The translations under genes and the position numbers were made by a program. Source: Acidimicrobiaceae bacterium (GTDB taxonomy: Bacteria > Actinomycetota > Acidimicrobiia > Acidimicrobiales > RAAP-2). Taken from it: a stretch of 64,000 nucleotides of DNA. The stretch lies in the NCBI GenBank assembly GCA_003167415.1, contig PMTF01000020.1:23888-87887 (forward strand), written 5' to 3'. The notes below the pieces were generated by a model that did not search any database, was not told the DNA's origin, and saw only the letters and a list, made by a program, of their open reading frames with translations. Below are positions 42,840 to 51,399 of the stretch, in pieces; positions within the stretch are counted from its first letter, which is position 1, and the number at the start of each line of letters is the position of its first letter.

Positions 42840-43644
42840 GTCCCTCTCGAAGGCCCTCGTGGAGCCGCGACGCCAGATCGAAGCTGCGGGTGGCGACGAC
42901 CCGCACCGGCGTGGGGTTCTTGCGCACTTCGACGTACTGACCGGCTTGCAGAGACCCGATGTCTCGTCCGTCGGCCACGATGATGGCGGGCTTGTCCTCG
43001 GCGACCAGGCGGATCACTTTGTCGTCGGCGACGACGATGGAGCGGTCAATCGTGAAGTGTGGGGCCACTGGCGTCAATATCATCACCGGCAACGTCGCCT
43101 CGACGACCGGTCCTCCGGCCGAGAAGTTGTAACCGGTGCTGCCCGTAGGCGTGGCGACCATGACGCCGTCGGCGGAATACGTGAGGTACTCGGCCTCGTC
43201 GACGTAAGTCTTCACTCGCACCATGTGTCCGGCGTGCGCCCGCTCCACCACGACTTCATTGAGCGCGAACTCCTCGATACTCGTGCCTGACACTGAGATC
43301 AGAAGCGCCAATCGTTCGACGATGTCGTCCCCCAAAAGAGCGGACTTCGCGTCCGCCACGACCGCGTTGGACGGGACGTTGAGGAGGAAGCCGAGACGGC
43401 CGAGGTTGACCGCGAGGACGCGAGCGCCAAGCGCGTGGGCCAGTCGGGCGGACTTGAGAAACGTTCCGTCGCCCCCGAGGCTGACGACGATCGTCGAAGC
43501 GTCAACGACGGGCGTGGCGTCGACGTCGAGCAGGTGAAGGCTCGAGGTGATGCCGTCCGCCTCGAGTTGACGTCCGGCCTCTCGGGCGAGTTGCACCGCG
43601 TCGGTTCGATTACTGAAAGCCGCAAAGAGCAGTTGGGACACCAT
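42832..43644 (-). CDS. nadK: NAD kinase
   Basis: 'VVSLGGDGTFL' and 'NLGRLGFL' motifs. The stop overlaps the recN start by 8 nt. Confidence 0.9.
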   Translation of the reverse strand: MVSQLLFAAFSNRTDAVQLAREAGRQLEADGITSSLHLLDVDATPVVDASTIVVSLGGDGTFLKSARLAHALGARVLAVNLGRLGFLLNVPSNAVVADAKSALLGDDIVERLALLISVSGTSIEEFALNEVVVERAHAGHMVRVKTYVDEAEYLTYSADGVMVATPTGSTGYNFSAGGPVVEATLPVMILTPVAPHFTIDRSIVVADDKVIRLVAEDKPAIIVADGRDIGSLQAGQYVEVRKNPTPVRVVATRSFDLASRLHEGLREGHA

Positions 43645-43803
43645 TCACCTCGTGGCTCAATGGTAGTAACAAAGGTCGCGAGCGCGGCCCAACGCTCATC
43701 GGAAGTGACTAGGTTGCGAGGCTCCGTCGCTCGGTATGCTCATGGCATAACCCACGGCGAATTTGCTCGTCGATGCCAAGCCGAAAGAGATGAGGTTCAT
43801 CAC

Positions 43804-44154
43804 ATGGTTCTCGTGGTTGTGCTGATTGTGTTGGCCATTGTGATCATTGGAGCCGTACTGATACGTCGCAAGACCGACAAGCGAGGGGTCAGTTACGTGC
43901 CCGACCTGAGCGCTCAACCGATTCGCTTTTCCAGTGCGGGTGCACCTTCCGGTCCGGGCGTTTTACCGCAGGTGGCGATTCCGACCGAGGAGGTCGCGAC
44001 CGAGTCGGTCGCTCACGACGAGTATTTGTCCGACGTCTCCGACGACCTTCTCGACCCCAGCAATCCCCACCACGCCGAGTGGGTCAAGGAGCATCCGGCA
44101 ATGGAAACCGACGCTGAGTGGGTGGCGGAACATCCGGAGGACACTCCCTCATAA
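43804..44154 (+). CDS. 116-aa single-pass membrane protein with acidic tail
   Basis: ATG at 43804, then TM 'MVLVVVLIVLAIVIIGAVLI' followed by RRK. The tail carries the internal repeat AEWVKEHP...AEWVAEHP. The upstream part of ORF 43435.. is antisense to nadK. Confidence 0.5.
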   Translation: MVLVVVLIVLAIVIIGAVLIRRKTDKRGVSYVPDLSAQPIRFSSAGAPSGPGVLPQVAIPTEEVATESVAHDEYLSDVSDDLLDPSNPHHAEWVKEHPAMETDAEWVAEHPEDTPS

Positions 44155-44238
44155 CAAGCGAAAATCGCCTCGCTCCTGGGCCGATAAGGCCGCGGACGCG
44201 TGGCGCGGAATACGGGGTAATCATTTATCTAATGGTTT

Positions 44239-46356
44239 GTGCAACTGTCGGTACGGATTCCGGATAAGTGTTGGGCTGACGTGACCTCTCCGGAACAGCT
44301 TTCGATCTCGTGGCAGAGCCTCCTCGAGGCGCTGCCGGACGGCACGGCGCTGATTGACCGCCGCGGCGTCATGCACTACGTGAACGCCGAACTCGCGTTT
44401 CTCACCGGCTACACCCACGACGAACTCGTGGGACAGAACGTCCAGATATTGATTCCCCCGGACCTTCGACCGCTGGAGGGCGAGGCACGGCGCCAGTTGG
44501 CGCGAAACCCGGACTCGCGAATCATCTGGAACGATCGCAACCTGACGGTGTTGCAAAAAGACGGCACCGAGCGCTCGGTCGACTTCGCCCTCTCACCGCT
44601 CATACTGGACGGCACCCGATGGACCGTTGGCTCGATCCGCGACAACAGCGCTCAGCGCGCGGCCGAGCAAGCGCGTATCGAAGCCGAACAGCACTTTCGC
44701 CTGGCCTTCGAGGACAACATGGCGCCGATGGTCTTCACCGACCTGGAAGACTGCATCATCACGGCCAATGACGCCTTTTGCGCGATGATGGGACGCACCC
44801 GCAGTGAACTGATCGGATTCGACTCTAAGCCCTTCACCTTTCCTGACGACGTCGGCATCGCCGAAGCGTCGCACGAACGTCTCTTGCACGACGAGATTCG
44901 TCAGGTTCGCTACATCAAGCGCTACTTGCACAAGGACGGCCGAATGATCGTGGCCGAAGTCTCCAAGTCCCCCGCGCGCGACAAGACCGGCAAGACGCTG
45001 TACTTCATCATTTCCGAGCGCGACATCACCGAAGAGCGGATGCTCACCGCCCAGCTATCGCATCAGGCCCTGCACGATCCGCTGACCGGCCTCGCGAATC
45101 GAGCGCTCCTGGATGACCGGCTCCAGCACGCCCATTCGCGCATCGTGCGCCACGGCGGACACGGCGCGCTGCTCCTACTGGACCTCGATGACTTCAAAGG
45201 GGTGAACGACACCTACGGACACCTGGTCGGCGATCAGCTCTTGGCGGCCGTCGCGCATCGACTCGAAGGGGTCACGCGATCTACCGACACCTTGAGTCGC
45301 TTCGGGGGCGACGAATTCCTCTACCTCGCCGAAGGGATCTCCGGGGCGGACGAGGCCGAAATGATCGCCGAGCGGTTTTTGCGTTCCCTCGACGAACCGT
45401 TCGTGATCGGCGACTTGAGCCTCGAGCAGCGGGCCAGTCTCGGGGTCGTCGTGTGGGACGCCACCACCGCCGAACTGTCGAACGTCGTTCGCGACGCCGA
45501 CGTGGCGCTGTACGAAGCCAAGCGCCTCGGCAAGGGACGCCAGTTCGTCTACGTCCCCGGCATGCACCACCAGGTGATCAATCGATTCTCGATGGTCCAA
45601 GATTTGCGTCAGGCCGTCGCGTCCGAAGAGCTGGCCATGCACTACCAGCCCATAGTGCGGCTCTCCACGCGCGAAGTGGTCGGCTTCGAAGCACTGATGC
45701 GCTGGCACGACCACCAACGGGGATGGGTGCCGCCGGGAGTCTTCATTCCGCTGGCCGAACAGAGCGACCTCATCTTGGACCTCGGCGCCTTCGCCCTCCA
45801 CGAATCCATCGTGGCGGCCGGCGAATGGGGCCGGTCCAAGGCTTCGCTCTCCGAGCCCTACGTGACGGTGAACCTGTCCGCGCGCCAGTTCCACGATCCC
45901 GGTTTGTCGGCGTTGGTGAAAAGGGAGTTGGACGCCTCGACGTTGCCGGCCGATCGCCTCATCATCGAAATCACCGAGAGTGTGGCCCTCATGGAAGTGG
46001 CCGACACGCTGGAAATGATCGAACAGCTGACCGGACTGGGTATCGGCGTTGCGCTGGATGACTTCGGCACGGGCTTCTCCTCGCTGTCGTACCTCGCGCT
46101 GTTGAACCCGATGATCATCAAGATCGATCAGTCCTTCGTGCGACCGGCGATTGAGAGCATTCACAGCGATCGCCTGCTCGAGACGATCGTGTCACTCGGA
46201 CACAACCTCGGCATGACGATGTGCGCTGAAGGAATCGAGACCGAGGGTCAACTCGAGCGACTTCGCGCTCTACACTGTTCGCTCGGTCAAGGCTTTCTCT
46301 TCTCGCCGGCCGTTCCCTTCGCCGAAGCGGCGATGATGGTGGGGACCACGTTCTAG
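44239..46356 (+). CDS. PAS-PAS-GGDEF-EAL c-di-GMP signalling protein
   Basis: Two PAS-like blocks, I-site 'RSTD' five residues before an intact 'GGDEF', and intact 'EALMRW', 'DDFGTGFSSLSYL' and 'EGIET' EAL motifs. The start may be GTG at 44281. Confidence 0.9.
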   Translation: MQLSVRIPDKCWADVTSPEQLSISWQSLLEALPDGTALIDRRGVMHYVNAELAFLTGYTHDELVGQNVQILIPPDLRPLEGEARRQLARNPDSRIIWNDRNLTVLQKDGTERSVDFALSPLILDGTRWTVGSIRDNSAQRAAEQARIEAEQHFRLAFEDNMAPMVFTDLEDCIITANDAFCAMMGRTRSELIGFDSKPFTFPDDVGIAEASHERLLHDEIRQVRYIKRYLHKDGRMIVAEVSKSPARDKTGKTLYFIISERDITEERMLTAQLSHQALHDPLTGLANRALLDDRLQHAHSRIVRHGGHGALLLLDLDDFKGVNDTYGHLVGDQLLAAVAHRLEGVTRSTDTLSRFGGDEFLYLAEGISGADEAEMIAERFLRSLDEPFVIGDLSLEQRASLGVVVWDATTAELSNVVRDADVALYEAKRLGKGRQFVYVPGMHHQVINRFSMVQDLRQAVASEELAMHYQPIVRLSTREVVGFEALMRWHDHQRGWVPPGVFIPLAEQSDLILDLGAFALHESIVAAGEWGRSKASLSEPYVTVNLSARQFHDPGLSALVKRELDASTLPADRLIIEITESVALMEVADTLEMIEQLTGLGIGVALDDFGTGFSSLSYLALLNPMIIKIDQSFVRPAIESIHSDRLLETIVSLGHNLGMTMCAEGIETEGQLERLRALHCSLGQGFLFSPAVPFAEAAMMVGTTF

Positions 46357-46462
46357 TTCGAATTACGCGATGCGAAACGTGAATGCCGTCGATTCACGAC
46401 GACCGCTACGCTGTATCTCCCAGTCGTACGGGGCGAACGTTGGGACGACGAAGGAGGGACAC

Positions 46463-46696
46463 GTGAGTTTTCCCGAATCGGTACAGCGCCTCGCTCGACA
46501 GCGAGCTCGCGGCACGTGTGAGTGCACCGCCAGTTGGTGCCCGCACTACGGACACTGCCGCCTCCCGGCCAAGGAGTTCCACCACAAGAAGGCGCTCGGC
46601 GCCGGTGGTGATGAAGAACTCGCCAACTGCCAGTACCTGTGCACCACCTGTCACCAACGAGCGCACCACACGAGCGGCGAACTAGGCCGCATCTAA
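46463..46696 (+). CDS. 77-aa minimal HNH-type nuclease-fold protein
   Basis: GTG at 46463 is preceded by a GAAGGAGGGA SD. 'CECTASWCPHYGHC...EFHHKKA...N...LCTTCHQRAHH' gives Cys-rich HNH spacing. Confidence 0.68.
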   Translation: MSFPESVQRLARQRARGTCECTASWCPHYGHCRLPAKEFHHKKALGAGGDEELANCQYLCTTCHQRAHHTSGELGRI

Positions 46697-46726
46697 CACC
46701 CCGATCGACACTTCGGCGCCAGCCCC

Positions 46727-46858
46727 TCAGATCGAGACCGACTCCTCAAACGGGTGATCGATCCGGCTGTCGCCCAGCCACGCCGCGTCTCCGACTCCGT
46801 AGTGGAGTCCGCGCCAATCGGTGAATGCCCGACTGCACTCACCGTTCCAGACCTTCAT
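46727..46858 (-). CDS. 43-codon ORF ATGA-coupled to the stop of the 405-aa gene (or its frameshift extension)
   Basis: MKVWNGECSRAFTDWRGLHYGVGDAAWLGDSRIDHPFEESVSI. GC3 is high by hand count (about four fifths of codons end in G/C). The ATG at 46858 overlaps the TGA at 46855..46857. Below the track cutoff. Confidence 0.35.
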   Translation of the reverse strand: MKVWNGECSRAFTDWRGLHYGVGDAAWLGDSRIDHPFEESVSI

Positions 46859-48072
46859 TTTAGATTTTTTTTTTTTGCTTCGACTTCAATTTTAGTTTCT
46901 TCGTCCGGTTCGAGCGGCGCTTCGGCGAAAAGATCGGGGCGCAGAGCCATCGCTTCTTGGAGATCGAAGAAGTGGCTCAGCCAGTATTCGTCGAACCGGG
47001 CGTGCCAGCGCAACGCGCCCTCCGGCGTCGCGAAGGCGTCACGAACGAGCGCGGGCGCCAACAGCGCCACGAAGCCCGGCACCTCGACGGCCAGAAACCG
47101 AAGTCGCAGAAAATCCAAGAAGGGGATGGCCGGGGGCGGAGCCGTCACCGACGTGACGTCGGGCAGGACCCCCCGCACACCGTCGTCTTTCAAGAACGAC
47201 GAAGTCAACAGAAGCGCCAAGACCTGCTCGTCGGAGTTCTCGGCCATGGTGATGAGGCTCTTGCCCACGTTGTCTCGACCGTGACCCGAACCGCCAAAGA
47301 CCTCTTGCACGATGCTCCCAACCTGGGAAATGAGCCCGAGGAGCAGTAGCGCCACCGGCCGGGCACTGGCAATCTCCTTGTCGTCGAGCGAGGTCACCAA
47401 TTGGATGAACGCGGTGTCCATACTGGCCTGCATTGCTTGCAGGGCCACTTCGCCGGCCCGGGGTGACTCTTCGTCAATGGCCGCGCCGCCCCCGGTCGCC
47501 TCGCGATCAAAGAGTCCTCCGTCAACTCGTTCGAGCGAGGAGAGGTCGCCGTGCATCAAATCGATGAGCAGGGCCGAAAATTCGGCGTAGAGTTCGGAAC
47601 CTCGACCGAGGCGTTTCCGGGCCGAGACCATCGCCGGCCCGGCCTTCAAGTGCTGGAAGAAGACCTCGTCGAGGACGTCGCGCTCCCCCGATTCGTCGTC
47701 GTTCGCTTCCCCCGCCACCACGCGGAGTTCGCGAAGTTGCTCATCCCAACGGGTTGCCCGCTTCAAAAGGTAAGTACGTATGAGATCGGGCTCGACGTCG
47801 AAGCCCTCCCACCAGAGCCGCCACGCCAGTTCGTCGAGTTGCTTCGTGCTCGAGCGAATCTGCGAAATACGGAGCATCCGTTCCGCCGTGCCGGCGGGGT
47901 ACCGGACCAGGGAGCTCCGCCCGCCACTCTGGTCGTGAAACGGCTCACCGATCAATCGGCGACGATGGAGTCGAGCCAATTGGTCTCTCGTCGTTTCGAC
48001 GCCGGCGAAACCTAGATAATCGAGGATGTCTTGGGTCGGTTCCCAGGACCACGGCTCCTCGTTCCAGCTCAC
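46855..48072 (-). CDS. 405-aa orphan protein (no family recognised), Lys-rich C-terminus
   Basis: Long high-GC3 ORF with ATG at 48072. It appears mostly helical, and the N-terminal ~90 aa look HTH-like ('TRDQLARLHRRRLIG'). It ends '...EVEAKKKNLK*', encoded by an A12 run. Confidence 0.7.
   Translation of the reverse strand: MSWNEEPWSWEPTQDILDYLGFAGVETTRDQLARLHRRRLIGEPFHDQSGGRSSLVRYPAGTAERMLRISQIRSSTKQLDELAWRLWWEGFDVEPDLIRTYLLKRATRWDEQLRELRVVAGEANDDESGERDVLDEVFFQHLKAGPAMVSARKRLGRGSELYAEFSALLIDLMHGDLSSLERVDGGLFDREATGGGAAIDEESPRAGEVALQAMQASMDTAFIQLVTSLDDKEIASARPVALLLLGLISQVGSIVQEVFGGSGHGRDNVGKSLITMAENSDEQVLALLLTSSFLKDDGVRGVLPDVTSVTAPPPAIPFLDFLRLRFLAVEVPGFVALLAPALVRDAFATPEGALRWHARFDEYWLSHFFDLQEAMALRPDLFAEAPLEPDEETKIEVEAKKKNLK
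46865..46876 (-). repeat. A12 (T12 on the + strand) homopolymer inside the last 6 codons of the 405-aa gene
   Basis: Counted directly: t at 46865..46876. It is the longest homopolymer I noticed in this G+C-rich window. Confidence 0.95.
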
Positions 48073-48159
48073 CTCTCGACCTTAGATTTGCTGTCGGTGA
48101 AAACTGAGGATGCCCCCGGCGAAGAATCGTCACCGCGGCGACTCTTCGAAATCGAGCGA

Positions 48160-49167
48160 CTAGGTACGAAGTCCGCTCACGATCGCCCGCCGTGCGTCAT
48201 CGCCGAGCGCGTAGGGCGCGTAGATGCTGAAGCGGCTGATAACGTCGTCGAGTCGTTCTCGCACGACCGCGCCAACGTCCCTGGGCGCGGCGACGACGCT
48301 GAAGGTGTCCAGCACGTCATCGTCGATGAGTTCACCCATCTTCTCCCACTCCCCCGACTTCGATAGCGCGTTCAGGTCGCTCTGGAGCTCTCCCCAGCCG
48401 TGCAGTTCGAGCACGCCGCGATAGGCCGGCGTCGAACCATAGAACGCAATCTGGCCCCGGACCCTTCGGGTCGCGTCGGCCAGTTCCTCGTCGGTGTCGC
48501 CGGTGGCGACCAGTCCCGAGAACGAAATGGGAAAGTCCTTCGCGTCGCGACCGGACTTGGCGAGCCCGCGCTCTAAGGCCGGCAGCGTGACCTCGCGGAT
48601 GTAGCGCTCGGTCGAAAAGGGGTGCACCAAGAGACCGTCGGCGACCTCGCCCGCCACTTCGGTCATCAGTTCACCGACCGCGGCCAGATAGACCTTGGGC
48701 GCGCCGTACGGGTTCGGTCCGGGATTAAAGAACGGCGACATCAACGTATGGCGGTAGAACTCGCCTCGAAAGTTCAGCGCGGTGCCCTCATTCCAACACG
48801 ACCAGATGGCCCGCATGGCCAAGACGTACTCGCGCATTCGAGGCGCCGGATGGGACCAGGGCATCGAGTAGCGCTTCTCGATGTGCGGTTTGATCTGCGA
48901 ACCGAGGCCCAGGAGAAGTCGACCGCGAGAAAGGAGTTGCACGTCATTGGCCATGGTGGCGGTGATCATGGGACTACGGGCGAAGGCCACGACGATGCCG
49001 GTGCCTAGTTCCAATGTGGTGGTGGCCGTCGCCGCGCCGGCGACGATTAGCAGAGGGTCGTGACCAGTTTCGGCGGACCAGGCGCCGTCATAGCCGGCGC
49101 GTTCGAGTTCGCGTGCCTCAGCGCCAACGTCATCGTTTCGAAACGAGAGACCGCCGTCGACCAACAT
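48160..49167 (-). CDS. luciferase-like (LLM class) F420-dependent oxidoreductase
   Basis: 335 aa. The 'AERAGYDGAWSAETGHDP' N-terminus and overall pattern fit the F420-dependent LLM subfamily. Confidence 0.85.
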   Translation of the reverse strand: MLVDGGLSFRNDDVGAEARELERAGYDGAWSAETGHDPLLIVAGAATATTTLELGTGIVVAFARSPMITATMANDVQLLSRGRLLLGLGSQIKPHIEKRYSMPWSHPAPRMREYVLAMRAIWSCWNEGTALNFRGEFYRHTLMSPFFNPGPNPYGAPKVYLAAVGELMTEVAGEVADGLLVHPFSTERYIREVTLPALERGLAKSGRDAKDFPISFSGLVATGDTDEELADATRRVRGQIAFYGSTPAYRGVLELHGWGELQSDLNALSKSGEWEKMGELIDDDVLDTFSVVAAPRDVGAVVRERLDDVISRFSIYAPYALGDDARRAIVSGLRT

Positions 49168-49224
49168 GAGCGAATTCTAAACCGCTGATTCGCACCCACG
49201 AGAGGGGCCTAACTGTATTTCGGA

Positions 49225-51399
49225 TCAGGTAGAGAAGCCCCGGGTGGCTATCGCCTCGACTTGGTCGTTCGGAACGGCGGGCGAGAAGAGATAGCCCTGT
49301 CCGAGTTCACATCCCAATCGGCGAAGGCGACGGAACTGCGGCTCGGTCTCGATGCCTTCGGCGAGCATGGTGATGTCCAGTCTCTGACCCAACGAGATGA
49401 TCGTCTCGAGCAGCGTGTCGTTGCGATCGGATTCGTCAAGCGGTCGCACGAACGACTGGTCGATCTTGATGATTCGCGGACTGAGTTTGGCGAGGTACGA
49501 GAGCGACGAGAATCCCGTGCCAAAGTCGTCGAGCGCCATGCCGACGCCCAGGCTGCCGAGTTGGTCGAGTACCTTCATCGTCTCGTCGATGTTGATCAGC
49601 GCAACGCTTTCAGTGATCTCCAGGATGAGGTACTCCGGTGGAAGGGAGCTCTCGCTCAAAAGCATCTTGATCGTGGGCACCAAACCGGGGTCGAGGAACT
49701 GGTGCGCCGAGAGATTGACCGTCACGAACGGACGGAGCGACCGAGTCCTCGATACCCACTTGCTCGCTTCCCGGATCGACTCTCGCAACGCGAACGATCC
49801 CAACTCCAGGATCAGATCACTCTGTTCCGCGAGGGGAATGAAGTCGTCTGGGGACACCCAGCCGCGATCGGGGTGGTTCCAACGCATCAGCGCTTCGAAC
49901 CCCACCACTTCTTTGGACGTGAGGTGGGCTATCGGCTGATAGTGCATCGCGAGATCGCCGGCATTGAAGGTTTGACGCAGCTCTTGGGCCAATGAGAATC
50001 GGTTCACGGCGTTGTGGTGCATCGTGGGAGTGAAGACCACGTGGTGGCCCCGAACGTTTCGCTTCGCCTCGTAAAGTGCGGCGTCCACGTTCTGGATCGT
50101 TTCGGAAAAACTGGTGCACGTGGCATCCCAAATAACGATGCCGATGCTTGCGTGTTGTTCGATTTGAAATCCCGCGATGTTGTAGGGCTCGGCGATGACG
50201 CTGATTAGGCGTTCAGCGAGAACCTCGGCTTCCTTCGGTGAGACGAGTCCCTCGGCGAGGTAGAGGAATTCGTCGCCCCCGAAGCGGCACAACGTGTCGG
50301 CCGAGCGGGTAGCGAGTTGGAGACGGTTGGCGATCGCCGTCAACAGGTGGTCGCCCAGGAAGTGACCGAAGGAGTCGTTGACGCCCTTGAAGTCATCGAG
50401 GTCGATCAAGAGCACGGCGCCGATGCCGCCCTGTCGAATGACGCGACCGTGGGCCTGGGCCAGTCGCTCCTCGAAGAAGGCACGGTTGGCGAGGCCGGTG
50501 AGCGGATCGTGAAGCGCTTGGTGTTTCAGCTGCGCCGCGAGGGCTCTCTCCTCGGTGATGTCGCGCTCGGAGAACACGAAGTACAGGATCTTGCCGTCGG
50601 CGTCACGCGCTGGAGAACGTGACACCTCGACCTCGATGACGCCGCCGTCCTTTCGTAGGTACCGCTTGACGTAGCGTTCCTGTTCCGCCTCGCCCGAGAT
50701 CAGCCGCTGATGGGTGCTCTCGGTGATGCCCACGTCGTCGGGGTACGTGAACGGCGTCGAGTCACAGCCGAGCAGCTCTTCCTCGGAGAATCCCACCATC
50801 TGACACATGGCGTCGTTGACCGCGATGATGCGGTCATTGGCGTCGGCAAAGGTCATGGGGGCCATGTTGTTCTCAAAGGCGACTCGGAATCGCAGTTCCG
50901 CGTCAGCCCGGGCTTGCTCGTTCGCTCGTTGCGTGCTCACGTCACGGATCGCGACCACCACCCAGGAGCCCTCTTCGAGCGCCAGGGGCGAGCGCGAGAC
51001 CTCGACGGGAATCTCTTGGCCGTCGCGACGCTGGATCGTCAGGTCCGGGTCGTTCCAGATGGCCGAGGCCGCGTTTCGCGGCCGCGCGCGACGGGCGCGC
51101 AGCAGACGCCCACGGAGTCGCGCGGGCACCAGAATCACGACATCTTGTCCAATGAGTTCGTTGGGCGCGTAGCCCGTCAACGCCGTCAGTAAGCCGTTGA
51201 CGTAATGGACGACGCCGTCGCCGTCCAAGAGCGCGGTCGGCTCGGGCAACGCCTCGAGAAGACCATTCCACGATGGCGGGTGAGCGGAAAGGAACGTCGC
51301 TGACGTGTCGCCACACGTGGGAACCGCCGACAACGCGCGCGAAATTCGGTTGGATTCGATACGACTCGTGGCACGAGGACGTTCGGAGAGATCGGTCAC
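49225..51399 (-). CDS. PAS-PAS-GGDEF-EAL c-di-GMP signalling protein (paralog of 44239..46356)
   Basis: Same architecture: I-site 'RSAD' plus 'GGDEF', and the 'EALMRW', 'DDFGTGFSSLSYL' and 'EGIET' motifs. Collinear with the other copy over the whole length. Confidence 0.9.
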   Translation of the reverse strand: MTDLSERPRATSRIESNRISRALSAVPTCGDTSATFLSAHPPSWNGLLEALPEPTALLDGDGVVHYVNGLLTALTGYAPNELIGQDVVILVPARLRGRLLRARRARPRNAASAIWNDPDLTIQRRDGQEIPVEVSRSPLALEEGSWVVVAIRDVSTQRANEQARADAELRFRVAFENNMAPMTFADANDRIIAVNDAMCQMVGFSEEELLGCDSTPFTYPDDVGITESTHQRLISGEAEQERYVKRYLRKDGGVIEVEVSRSPARDADGKILYFVFSERDITEERALAAQLKHQALHDPLTGLANRAFFEERLAQAHGRVIRQGGIGAVLLIDLDDFKGVNDSFGHFLGDHLLTAIANRLQLATRSADTLCRFGGDEFLYLAEGLVSPKEAEVLAERLISVIAEPYNIAGFQIEQHASIGIVIWDATCTSFSETIQNVDAALYEAKRNVRGHHVVFTPTMHHNAVNRFSLAQELRQTFNAGDLAMHYQPIAHLTSKEVVGFEALMRWNHPDRGWVSPDDFIPLAEQSDLILELGSFALRESIREASKWVSRTRSLRPFVTVNLSAHQFLDPGLVPTIKMLLSESSLPPEYLILEITESVALINIDETMKVLDQLGSLGVGMALDDFGTGFSSLSYLAKLSPRIIKIDQSFVRPLDESDRNDTLLETIISLGQRLDITMLAEGIETEPQFRRLRRLGCELGQGYLFSPAVPNDQVEAIATRGFST

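Noticed and set aside
47240-47300. Walker-A-like 'GRDNVGKS' (G-x4-GKS) within the 405-aa orphan ('FGGSGHGRDNVGKS').
   Set aside because: Charged residues sit inside the putative P-loop. There is no preceding hydrophobic beta-strand and no Walker B or other NTPase motif, so it is most likely a chance match.
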